From Deltaproteobacteria bacterium (lineage in GTDB: Bacteria; Myxococcota_A; Polyangia; Polyangiales; Polyangiaceae), in assembly GCA_016218915.1 (NCBI GenBank), contig JACRCQ010000006.1:114964-178963 (forward strand): a DNA stretch of 64,000 nt. The letters are read 5' to 3'. This document shows positions 1 to 7,383 of this stretch, one piece after another. Numbering within the stretch: the stretch's first letter is position 1; every line of letters starts with the position of its first letter. The position numbers and the translations under genes were made by a program. Under the pieces are notes generated by a model. The model saw nothing but the letters and a program-made list of their open reading frames with translations. It was not told where the DNA came from and did no database searches.

Positions 1-272
1 GCATCCCCCACCAGAAAGCGCGCGTCCTTCACAGCGCGCAGCTTCGCAAGCTCGATCTGCTCGGGCATGAAGTCGATTCCCACGTAGCTTCGAGGACGGA
101 GCGACGCGATCAGCTCAGCGCCGAGGCCGTTGCCGCATCCGAGCTCGATCACGTCCTTTCCCGCGCTCTCGCTCAGCCCCAGCCGTCGCAGCAACGGAAA
201 TTCCACTCGCCTGTGGAGCTGGCCGCGAATCCGGCCGTTCATCGCCTTGAATTCAGCATCGCTCAAACGCAT
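1..272 (-). CDS. class I SAM-dependent methyltransferase, N-terminal part (C-terminus lies beyond the window start)
   Basis: Own reverse translation from the ATG at complement 270-272: MRLSDAEFKAMNGRIRGQLHRRVEFPLLRRLGLSESAGKDVIELGCGNGLGAELIASLRPRSYVGIDFMPEQIELAKLRAVKDARFLVGD. VIELGCGNG is SAM-binding motif I. AAGGGAG Shine-Dalgarno lies just upstream. Not in the ORF track because there is no stop in the window. Confidence 0.75.
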   Translation of the reverse strand, partial: MRLSDAEFKAMNGRIRGQLHRRVEFPLLRRLGLSESAGKDVIELGCGNGLGAELIASLRPRSYVGIDFMPEQIELAKLRAVKDARFLVGD

Positions 273-364
273 CGTGGGCTCCCTTTGCGCAGGGTATCCC
301 ACGTACGAGGCAAAGGATCGAGGAATTGTCCGAGGCTTGCGGGTTACCCTGAGGGGCAGCTTCC

Positions 365-2707
365 CTACTGGTTCCAGCAAAGGGCGTTGTGACTCTTCCC
401 GTGGCAGGTTCCGGTGCAAGCCACGGAGCCGTTGCACTTGGCAGGCTTCGACGAGGTGATCGTGCCGTCGATGGTTCCCAGCACGTCCTTGGTGCCATTC
501 ATGTGGGAAGATCCATTGGCTGGCGGGTGGCAGTCCGAGCAGGGCATGTTCTCGCCGTTGACATGCTTGTTGTGTCGGTTCGTGGTGGGCGTCGCCGGGT
601 GACACGTTCCGCAGCTCCCTGCGTTCCAGGCGCCGCCGGCCCAGTAGGGCGTGGTCACAGGCGGGCCTCCGTTGCCGTTCGAATGGCACGACCCGATGCA
701 CGTGCCTCGCGCTGTTGCGGGATTGCCTTGCGTCGCGCCCACGTTCCAGGTCACCCCCGTGTAGGGCGCGACGAACACGACGTCGCCATGATGACCCGCA
801 GTCGAAAGGTCCGCGGACGGAACGTACTGCGCCGCATGGGCGACGTCGCCCGCAGCAGGCACCACGTGGCACGTGCCGCATGCGAATGCGACGTGCGTGT
901 TGCTGCCGGTGAGGTGCGCAGTGTGACGTCCCACAGCGAGCGTGTTGGTCGCGGTCTCACCGCCGACCCCGAGCGGCGGGTTGTTCTGGCTCGGAGGCGT
1001 GCCGTGGCAGAAGGTGCACGACTTCCAGTCCTTGCCGCCGTGGCACGACAGGTTGTTGCAGGACACGCCAGAGGTGCCGCCGTTGTAGTCTGTGCCGTGG
1101 CACTGGGTGCACTGCACGTTGTGCTCGTCGCGCTGCTGGTTCTGGATGAAGTAGTGGCTCCCGTGGTGGTTCGGGTCCGTCTTGGGAGCAACCCAGTTCG
1201 CCAGGTCGTGGTACTGGGAGATTTCCTTGATCCCGTTGATGTGCAGCGACGCGTTGGCCCAGGTCGCGGTCTTGGTCGCCGGATCGTAGGTGGCAATCAC
1301 GGCCGAGTGGCAGGTCGGACAACCAGTGTTGTTGGGGTGGGAACCGCCAGGAGGATTCGTGTGGCACGTCGTGCCGCACGCGTTCCAGCTTCCATCCACC
1401 TGGTTCCAGGTCGGGATCCGATTGATCGTTCCGCCTGCGTTGGCGCCGAGCAGCGTGGTGCCGTGGCAGTAGGTGCCCGAGCACTTGAGCGTTCCAGTAT
1501 CAAACGAGGACGAAGCACCGTCCGCATTCGAGGGCGCTCCCCAGGAGAAGTCCACCACGCCGTTGGAGTGCATCAAGGCGCCGGGCGTTGCGTGGCAGTC
1601 CGCGCACTGGCCGGCGCGGTGCCAGTTGCTCGAGTACAGGTGTGCGGTGTGCGCACCGACCGCGGGATCGGTTGTGGCGAGCTCGCCCTTGGTTCCTTTG
1701 GGAGGCGCAGGATTGTTGGTGTTCGCGTCGCCGTGGCACGACGTGCACGTGAGGCTTCCGCTGACCTCTTTGATGCCGTTGATGTGCAGGGAAGGATCAG
1801 TCCAGGTTGCAGCTTGCGGGTTCGCTGGATCGAAGGTTGCGATGACCGCGCCGTGGCAGGTCGCGCATGCATCCGAAGCTGGGTGGGTTCCGCCTGGCGG
1901 CAGCGTGTGGCAGTTCGTGCCGCAAGCCTTTTGCGTGCCGTCGACCGTGATCCATGTGGGCACGCGATTGGAGGTCTTTCCTGGGACATCGGCCACGAGC
2001 GTGCCGCCGTGGCAGTAGGTGTTGGTGCAGGTGTACGCCGTCGTGTCAAAGGTTCCCTGCTTTGCCAGGGGTCCCCAGACCACGTCGTCCGTGCCGTTCA
2101 TGTGCGTGGGCACAGCAGGGTCGAAGCTCGGTAGCGTCGGTACGATGTGGCACTCGGTGCAGGAGAACTCGTGGCGCCAGGTTGACGTGGCGAGGTGGGA
2201 CTGGTGCGCGCCCACGCCTGGGAAAGTGGTTTCAGTGTGGCCACCCATGTCCTTGGGGGGAGCAGGGTTGACGGCGCTGCCGTGACATCCGCTGCACTTG
2301 GGATCCCAGGTGCTTCCGCCTGTGCCGCCTCCGCCTGCAGCGCCTGCTTGCCCGGCCGCTCCACCCTGGCCGCTGGCGCCCGCCTGCCCGCTGGAGCCGC
2401 CCTGTCCAGCCGAGCCTGCCTGGCCGGCGGAGCCACCTTGTCCGGCCGAGCCTGCTTGCCCGCTCGATCCAGCTTGCCCGCTTGCGCCAGCTCCCCCTTT
2501 GCCAGCGCTGCCACCCAGGCCGCTGTCGCCGCCGCTCCCGCCCTTGCCCCCGGCATTGGCATCTCCCGACGTGCCTGCAGAGCCATCCCCGGCAACGGTA
2601 CCGCCGGCGCCTCCGACAGGCTCATCGCTGGAGTCACCACCGCCGCAACTGGCGGCGAAGCAGGCTGCGATCACGACGATCAGGGCGGGAACGAGTCGTG
2701 TCCTCAT
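365..2707 (-). CDS. multihaem c-type cytochrome lipoprotein (CxxxxCH/CxxCH repeat family)
   Basis: ORF 365..2923 trimmed to M73 (MRTRLVPALIVVIAACFAASCGG, signal peptide plus lipobox). A GGSAGQ-type low-complexity tether follows. I count 18 haem-attachment-like motifs: 11 CxxCH, 4 CxxxCH and 3 CxxxxCH. They sit in a module repeated about 2.5 times (CSGCHG..CTECH..CTNTYCHG..CGTNCH..CATCHG, then CTSCHG..CADCH..CSGTYCHG..CGTTCH..CPTCH). Confidence 0.9.
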   Translation of the reverse strand: MRTRLVPALIVVIAACFAASCGGGDSSDEPVGGAGGTVAGDGSAGTSGDANAGGKGGSGGDSGLGGSAGKGGAGASGQAGSSGQAGSAGQGGSAGQAGSAGQGGSSGQAGASGQGGAAGQAGAAGGGGTGGSTWDPKCSGCHGSAVNPAPPKDMGGHTETTFPGVGAHQSHLATSTWRHEFSCTECHIVPTLPSFDPAVPTHMNGTDDVVWGPLAKQGTFDTTAYTCTNTYCHGGTLVADVPGKTSNRVPTWITVDGTQKACGTNCHTLPPGGTHPASDACATCHGAVIATFDPANPQAATWTDPSLHINGIKEVSGSLTCTSCHGDANTNNPAPPKGTKGELATTDPAVGAHTAHLYSSNWHRAGQCADCHATPGALMHSNGVVDFSWGAPSNADGASSSFDTGTLKCSGTYCHGTTLLGANAGGTINRIPTWNQVDGSWNACGTTCHTNPPGGSHPNNTGCPTCHSAVIATYDPATKTATWANASLHINGIKEISQYHDLANWVAPKTDPNHHGSHYFIQNQQRDEHNVQCTQCHGTDYNGGTSGVSCNNLSCHGGKDWKSCTFCHGTPPSQNNPPLGVGGETATNTLAVGRHTAHLTGSNTHVAFACGTCHVVPAAGDVAHAAQYVPSADLSTAGHHGDVVFVAPYTGVTWNVGATQGNPATARGTCIGSCHSNGNGGPPVTTPYWAGGAWNAGSCGTCHPATPTTNRHNKHVNGENMPCSDCHPPANGSSHMNGTKDVLGTIDGTITSSKPAKCNGSVACTGTCHGKSHNALCWNQ
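2330..2520 (-). repeat. 18-nt periodic low-complexity coding repeat (GGSAGQ tether) in the cytochrome gene
   Basis: Protein reads GGSAGQAGSAGQGGSAGQAGSAGQGGSSGQAGASGQGGAAGQAGAAGGGG. The DNA shows the matching gccgagcctgcctggccg-type periodicity. Confidence 0.8.
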
Positions 2708-2736
2708 GAGCAAGCTCCATCTGGGCCGGCGGCCCT

Positions 2737-2754
2737 CTAGGGCATTGTCCCTAG
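2737..2754. promoter_or_regulatory. CTAG-ended palindrome 1 upstream of the cytochrome gene (candidate operator)
   Basis: CTAGGGCATTGTCCCTAG has 6-bp perfect arms and lies 30 nt upstream of the ATG at 2707. It is near-identical in design to the site at 2863-2880. Confidence 0.4.
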
Positions 2755-2862
2755 GTTCCATTAGAAGCATGACAGATGTCGGGCGGTCAAGCACCTCGGC
2801 CGAATCACGGAGATCGAGGAGTTGTGGCGCCAGCGGGCGCCGCATGTCGCACCAATGATTAC

Positions 2863-2880
2863 CTAGGACATTCGTCCTAG
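2863..2880. promoter_or_regulatory. CTAG-ended palindrome 2 (candidate operator)
   Basis: CTAGGACATTCGTCCTAG has 7-bp perfect arms. The centre-to-centre distance to palindrome 1 is 126 nt. Confidence 0.4.
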
Positions 2881-3086
2881 CGCTGGACCTCCGGAGATCG
2901 ACCACCGAGGGCACAGAGATCACAGAGTCTTGAGGGTTTTTCCCGGCGGTTCGTGCGCCCCAGCCCTCCCCCCTCTGTGTCCTCGGGGACCTCTGTGGTT
3001 GCCCTCTCGATCGCCTCTGGTGGTTGCCCTCTGTTGGTTGCTCTCTGGGAGGCGTCCTGGATGGGTCACCCCTTCGCGCCAGCCAG

Positions 3087-3962
3087 CTAGACGATCACAG
3101 CTCCGAGCAGCTCCGTGGTGCCCACGCGCGGATGGCTCGCCTGCTGCTCGACGCGGCGTGCCAGCGTGCCGACTCCCATCGCAGGAAGCACGCGCGCGCG
3201 CTGATCGATCGGTCGCGTGAAGTCATCCCAGTGCGACAGCACCACTGCGCGCGGTGCGTACGCTCGCACCACCCGCTCAGGAAATTCGCGCGAGGTCCGC
3301 CATCCTGCCGTGCACAGCATGAGCAGATCGGTCTCGCCGGTCGGCGTGTCGTCCACCAGCCGCGCACTGCCCATGTGCACCAGACGCCGCCCGCCGACCT
3401 CGATCTCGATCGTGAAGACCGAGCCGCATCGATACCGCTCGACCCGCATCGGCTCGCCCTTGGATGGCTCCAGCTCCCCTGGGAACGGGGCCCGTCCTGC
3501 GATCAACCCAGAATGCGCGCTGCGAAGGAACCGGATGCGCATCGGTCCGGATTGCACCACGTTCGGCGCGCTCCCAGCCCCTGACTCCACGATGTGGACC
3601 CGCTCCGGCGCAACGCCCTGCGCAAGACACAGCCTCGCTGCTGACCAGGAGCCGTACACCGTGGCGCCGGTCATCCTCGCGATGTCAGGCACATCCAGCA
3701 CATGATCGAAGTGCGTGTGCCCCACCAGGATCGCGTCGGCTCGAGGAAGGATGCGCGCGATCGCACTCGTGTCAGAACGCACCGGGCCCAGGATGCACTG
3801 CGCCAGCGATGCGCGCGTCAGGTAAGGATCGATCAGCACCACGTGCTTCTCGAACTCGATCCGGAAGCCCGCTGTGCCCAGCCACTGCACACGAATGGGA
3901 CTGCGGTCCGGTTGCGTCAGGAGTCGTTCTTCAGGTCCGAATGCGGGATGCTGCGCGCGCAC
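3087..3962 (-). CDS. MBL-fold metallo-hydrolase
   Basis: 291-aa ORF with VGHTHFDH (HxHxDH zinc motif) preceded by WLGTAGFRIEF..VLIDPYL, typical of the metallo-beta-lactamase fold. High GC3 in this frame. Confidence 0.85.
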   Translation of the reverse strand: MRAQHPAFGPEERLLTQPDRSPIRVQWLGTAGFRIEFEKHVVLIDPYLTRASLAQCILGPVRSDTSAIARILPRADAILVGHTHFDHVLDVPDIARMTGATVYGSWSAARLCLAQGVAPERVHIVESGAGSAPNVVQSGPMRIRFLRSAHSGLIAGRAPFPGELEPSKGEPMRVERYRCGSVFTIEIEVGGRRLVHMGSARLVDDTPTGETDLLMLCTAGWRTSREFPERVVRAYAPRAVVLSHWDDFTRPIDQRARVLPAMGVGTLARRVEQQASHPRVGTTELLGAVIV

Positions 3963-4045
3963 GTCCGCACTCTAGCATGCGTTCGCCCGCGCCATGCCAA
4001 CAAGGAGCGGACGCACCGCGTCGCATGCCGTACAATGCCAGCACC

Positions 4046-6322
4046 ATGCAGCGCTTCCTCTTTCTACTTTCCGCGGCCTGCCTCATCGGCTGCGGCTCTT
4101 CGAGCAGCGACACCGATCCCTCCACCCTGCCCTCGCAGGATGCTGCGCCTGACACCATCCATCCAGATGCCGATGCGTCGACCGATACCTCGATCGACAC
4201 GTCGCCCGATGCCAAGCTCGATGCGATCGACGCAGCAGCCGAAGATGCGCTCGAAGAACCAGCACTGCAGTGCCCGGACCCGAATCCTGATCCCAACGCC
4301 AAGACCGAGGTGCTTGCAGACCTCAGCGCTGACCTCAAGAACCAGAATCGCTTCTACGACTTCCCCTTCCCATCCGACCTGCGGCTTACCTCTGCTGGCA
4401 CGCCGGAGATCGCTGGCTTCCCGCACAGCCTGCTCAACAAGGTCGTAGCCGACCTGCTCCTGCTGGTCCCGGAAAGGAAGTTCTTCCCAGTCATCCCCGT
4501 GGCCTGGTTCCGCTTCACCGACGCTCTGCCAGACCTCGAGAACGCCAGCGACAACGTCATTCCCGCTGAGCCAAGCTCCTCCGTGCTGCTGATCGACACC
4601 GACGAGAATTCGCCGGATCGCGGCAAGCTCTACCCCACGGTCGTCTCCACACCCAAGCCTGATGGGTTGTACGTCCCTGCCAATCTGCTGACCGTGGCAG
4701 CGCGTCCTGGGTTCATCCTCGCACCAGGACGCAAGTACGCGTTCCTGGTCATGCGCTCGTTCAAGGACGGCGCAGGGCGACAGCTCAAGCCTGCTGCCAC
4801 CATGGAGACGCTGCTCAAGGGCGAGGTGCCGGTCGATGCCAAGGGGCAGGCTGCGCATCAGCTCTACATGCCCTTGATCGACACGCTCACTGCGAGCGGC
4901 ATCTGCCCGAACCAGGTCGCTGCAGCCACGGTCTTCACCACCGGTGATCAGGTCCAGGCCACGGAGAAGCTATCCAGCGATGTGATGAAGCAGTATTCGA
5001 TCACGATCGATTCCCTGGCGCTCGATCCTGACGATGGCGCCACGCACGAGAGATATTGCGAGCTTCACGCCACAGTGACCTACCCGCAGTTCCAGGAAGG
5101 GAAGCCGCCGTTCAACACCTACGGACGGTTCGACATGGGAACCAGCGGCTTGCCCAAGTGGCAGCGCGACGAGCAGGCGCCGATCGTGCTCACGATCCCC
5201 AAGCAGCCGATGCCTGCTGGTGGCTACCCGCTGCTGGTGTACTTCCACGGCTCTGGGGGTCGAAGCGGCGCAGTGGTCGATCGCGGGGTGTGGCACCACG
5301 AGACAGATGCGAATAACTGCCCGGATCATGCGCTGGACACGTGGGATGGCAAGACCGGGTGCAACACCAAGGGGCTTGGCCCAGCCCACTACCATTCGTT
5401 CCACGGCTTTGCGACTGCGGGAAGTGCACTGCCTCTCAATCCTGAGCGCTATCCGGGCGCCAAGGAAACCGAGTACCTGAACCTGCTCAATCTGTCGGCA
5501 TTCCGCGACACTTTCCGTCAGGGCATCATCGAGCAGCGTCTGTTCATCCAGGCGCTTCGCGAGCTTCAGATTCCCCCCTCAGCGCTGGCCGGCTGCACCG
5601 GGCCTTCCCTTCCTGCAGGCGAGACTGCCTACCACTTCCAGGAGGCGCCCGTGCTCGCGCAAGGGCAATCCATGGGAGGAATGTACACGAACACCGTGGG
5701 CGCCGTGGAGCCGAGGATCCAGGCGGTCATTCCCACAGGCGCTGGCGGCTACTGGAGCTACTTCATCCTCAAGGGCAACCAGGTTCCAGGAGGCGCGACC
5801 ACGCTGTCGCTCGTGCTCGGCACCAAGGGAACCCTCACGTTCATGCACCCGGCCATGCACCTGCTCGAGCTCGCATGGGAAGCAGCCGAGCCGATCGTGT
5901 ACATGCCCCGGCTCGCGCACCGTCCCTTGCCTGGTCATCCGGTGCGTGCCATCTACGAGCCTGTGGGCCAGGGAGACTCGTACTTCCCCACGCCGGTCTA
6001 TGATGCAGTGTCGCTCGCCTACGGCCATCGCCAGGCAGGAGACCCGATCTGGCCTGAGATGCAGGATGCGCTGAAGCTGGGCGGGCTCGAAGGCATCCTT
6101 CCCTATCCGGTCAAGCAGGATGTGAAGAGCGTCCAGGGAGGCGCGCCGTACACGGGCGTGATCGTGCAGTACGCAGGCGATGGGATCTATGATCCGCACG
6201 CGATCTACACGCAGCTCGATGCGGTGAAGTACCAGTACGGATGCTTTGCAGCGACGTTTCTCAAGAATGGCGTGGCGACGGTCCCAGCGCCAGCTCCGCT
6301 CGGGACACCTTGCCCTGAGTGA
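4046..6322 (+). CDS. secreted alpha/beta-hydrolase-like lipoprotein
   Basis: ORF 3464..6322 trimmed in frame to the ATG at 4046 (MQRFLFLLSAACLIGCGSSSSD, lipobox). Asp/Pro-rich tether. LLVYFHGSGG (oxyanion-hole-like) and GQSMGG (GxSxG nucleophile elbow) motifs. Confidence 0.8.
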   Translation: MQRFLFLLSAACLIGCGSSSSDTDPSTLPSQDAAPDTIHPDADASTDTSIDTSPDAKLDAIDAAAEDALEEPALQCPDPNPDPNAKTEVLADLSADLKNQNRFYDFPFPSDLRLTSAGTPEIAGFPHSLLNKVVADLLLLVPERKFFPVIPVAWFRFTDALPDLENASDNVIPAEPSSSVLLIDTDENSPDRGKLYPTVVSTPKPDGLYVPANLLTVAARPGFILAPGRKYAFLVMRSFKDGAGRQLKPAATMETLLKGEVPVDAKGQAAHQLYMPLIDTLTASGICPNQVAAATVFTTGDQVQATEKLSSDVMKQYSITIDSLALDPDDGATHERYCELHATVTYPQFQEGKPPFNTYGRFDMGTSGLPKWQRDEQAPIVLTIPKQPMPAGGYPLLVYFHGSGGRSGAVVDRGVWHHETDANNCPDHALDTWDGKTGCNTKGLGPAHYHSFHGFATAGSALPLNPERYPGAKETEYLNLLNLSAFRDTFRQGIIEQRLFIQALRELQIPPSALAGCTGPSLPAGETAYHFQEAPVLAQGQSMGGMYTNTVGAVEPRIQAVIPTGAGGYWSYFILKGNQVPGGATTLSLVLGTKGTLTFMHPAMHLLELAWEAAEPIVYMPRLAHRPLPGHPVRAIYEPVGQGDSYFPTPVYDAVSLAYGHRQAGDPIWPEMQDALKLGGLEGILPYPVKQDVKSVQGGAPYTGVIVQYAGDGIYDPHAIYTQLDAVKYQYGCFAATFLKNGVATVPAPAPLGTPCPE

Positions 6323-6416
6323 GAACTAGCAACGGAAGACTGGCAACGCGATTCAAGAATGAGGAATGGTCTGGGCGTTCGCATTCTCTGTTGCTAGTTC
6401 CATGTTCCTAGTTCTC
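6321..6416. repeat. low-GC palindromic intergenic repeat, copy 1 (AACTAGCAAC family)
   Basis: GAGAACTAGCAAC at 6321-6333 against the reverse complement of GTTCCTAGTTCTC at 6404-6416 (12 of 13 bases). An internal CGTTCGC..CTGTTGCTAGTT block is shared with the other copies. Overlaps the TGA stop of the 4046..6322 gene. Confidence 0.6.
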
Positions 6417-6453
6417 CCTTGCCGAGCCTGATCGCGCCGCGTACCCTTGAACC

Positions 6454-6966
6454 ATGGGCTGGAGGATCGTGCGTCCGCTGCTCTGCGCTCTGGCTGCTGC
6501 GCTCCCGATGATCGCGTGCGGTCGGACTGCCACGATCTCCCGGGGTCACCAGCCGGACATCCGGGGGAGAATCGCAGGAGGAGACGCATCCAGCATCTAC
6601 GTGCGGACTCGCACCGGCGTCCATCCCATTCCCAGGAAGAGCGTCACGGACATCGACCACCCGGGCGATGGAGCCATCGTGGTCGGAGCTGGGTTGGCAT
6701 TGGTCGGGATCCTCGCGCTCGCTTGCAACTCTGGGAAGCTTCGTTCCACCGATGGCGACGTCGTGACGCCCTACTTCATCCTGGCCCCGTCCGCTGCTGG
6801 CGCAGCCTTGATGATCTATGGGATCTCTGTCCACGGCAACTCGGTGGATGCTCTCGACCAGCCGCCTCCTGGTCACGAGCGTGTTCCGGCAATCGAACCG
6901 ACGCCGCTGCAGCCGCGCCAGCAGCAAGGGCGCGCCCCTGGCCTGTCGCTCTCAGCCACCTGGTAG
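6454..6966 (+). CDS. hypothetical lipoprotein with two internal hydrophobic segments
   Basis: MGWRIVRPLLCALAAALPMIACG is a signal peptide plus lipobox. Codon third positions are GC-rich in this frame. No recognisable family. Confidence 0.6.
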   Translation: MGWRIVRPLLCALAAALPMIACGRTATISRGHQPDIRGRIAGGDASSIYVRTRTGVHPIPRKSVTDIDHPGDGAIVVGAGLALVGILALACNSGKLRSTDGDVVTPYFILAPSAAGAALMIYGISVHGNSVDALDQPPPGHERVPAIEPTPLQPRQQQGRAPGLSLSATW

Positions 6967-7064
6967 TGCGTGCTGGAAGTGTCATGGGTGCAAATCCGAT
7001 TTTGCAGCACATTCGATCGGTAGATCAAGCGCGAGAACTCGCGATGAGAGAGGGACCTCCCCCC

Positions 7065-7223
7065 GCTGCGCTTCGCGCAGCGACCCCCCCCCCTCACGAC
7101 CGCGTCCACGAGTGACGAGCGGCGGTCGGTGGGGGGGGTGAAGCCCGACAGACGGCATCCCGCTCTGCACCCCCTCCGGCTGCCGCATCGAGTACCAATG
7201 GGATGCGGCAGATCCGGAGGGGG
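7065..7223. other. cluster of three strong hairpins bounded by C and G homopolymers in a convergent spacer
   Basis: GCTGCGC-ttc-GCGCAGC (7065-7081). C10-TCACGACCGC...GCGGTCGGTG-G8 (7084-7138). CCCCCTCCGGcTGCCGCATC...GATGCGGCAgatCCGGAGGGGG (7170-7223). Confidence 0.6.
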
Positions 7224-7334
7224 TCGGCCGACAGGCCGGGGGGCGGTGAATATCCTACGCGCCGGCAGTCCAACCCGCCGATCCCACGCCCCAGCTCCCG
7301 ATCTCCGATACCCTTGCAGAGTGGTGTTTGCACC

Positions 7335-7383
7335 CATTCCCTGTTCGCGTTCCTGTGTTCCTGTTGCTAGTTGCTAGTTTCCC
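7335..7383. repeat. AACTAGCAAC-family repeat, copy 2 (half element)
   Basis: GTTCGCGTTCCTGTGTTCCTGTTGCTAGTTGCTAGTTTCCC. Shares GTTCGCGTYC, GTGTTMCCTGTTGCTAGTTG with copy 3. Contains the TAG stop of tamB (complement of 7374-7376). Confidence 0.55.

Noticed and set aside
389-2134. 581-aa plus-strand ORF antisense to the cytochrome gene, and many shorter ORFs in 130-2923
   Set aside because: The translation is Arg/Ala/Val/Gly-rich with no motifs. It is fully antisense to a CDS with 18 haem motifs and a lipobox. This is a typical stop-codon-poor antisense frame of high-GC DNA.
2708-2923. Upstream extensions of real genes in the ORF track (2708-2923, 3464-4045, 11946-12971, 21364-21555, 26474-26578, 31321-31512, 57890-58117 and others)
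   Set aside because: The extensions lack coding character. In each case an internal start gives a canonical signal peptide or lipobox, a Shine-Dalgarno site or a stop/start overlap.
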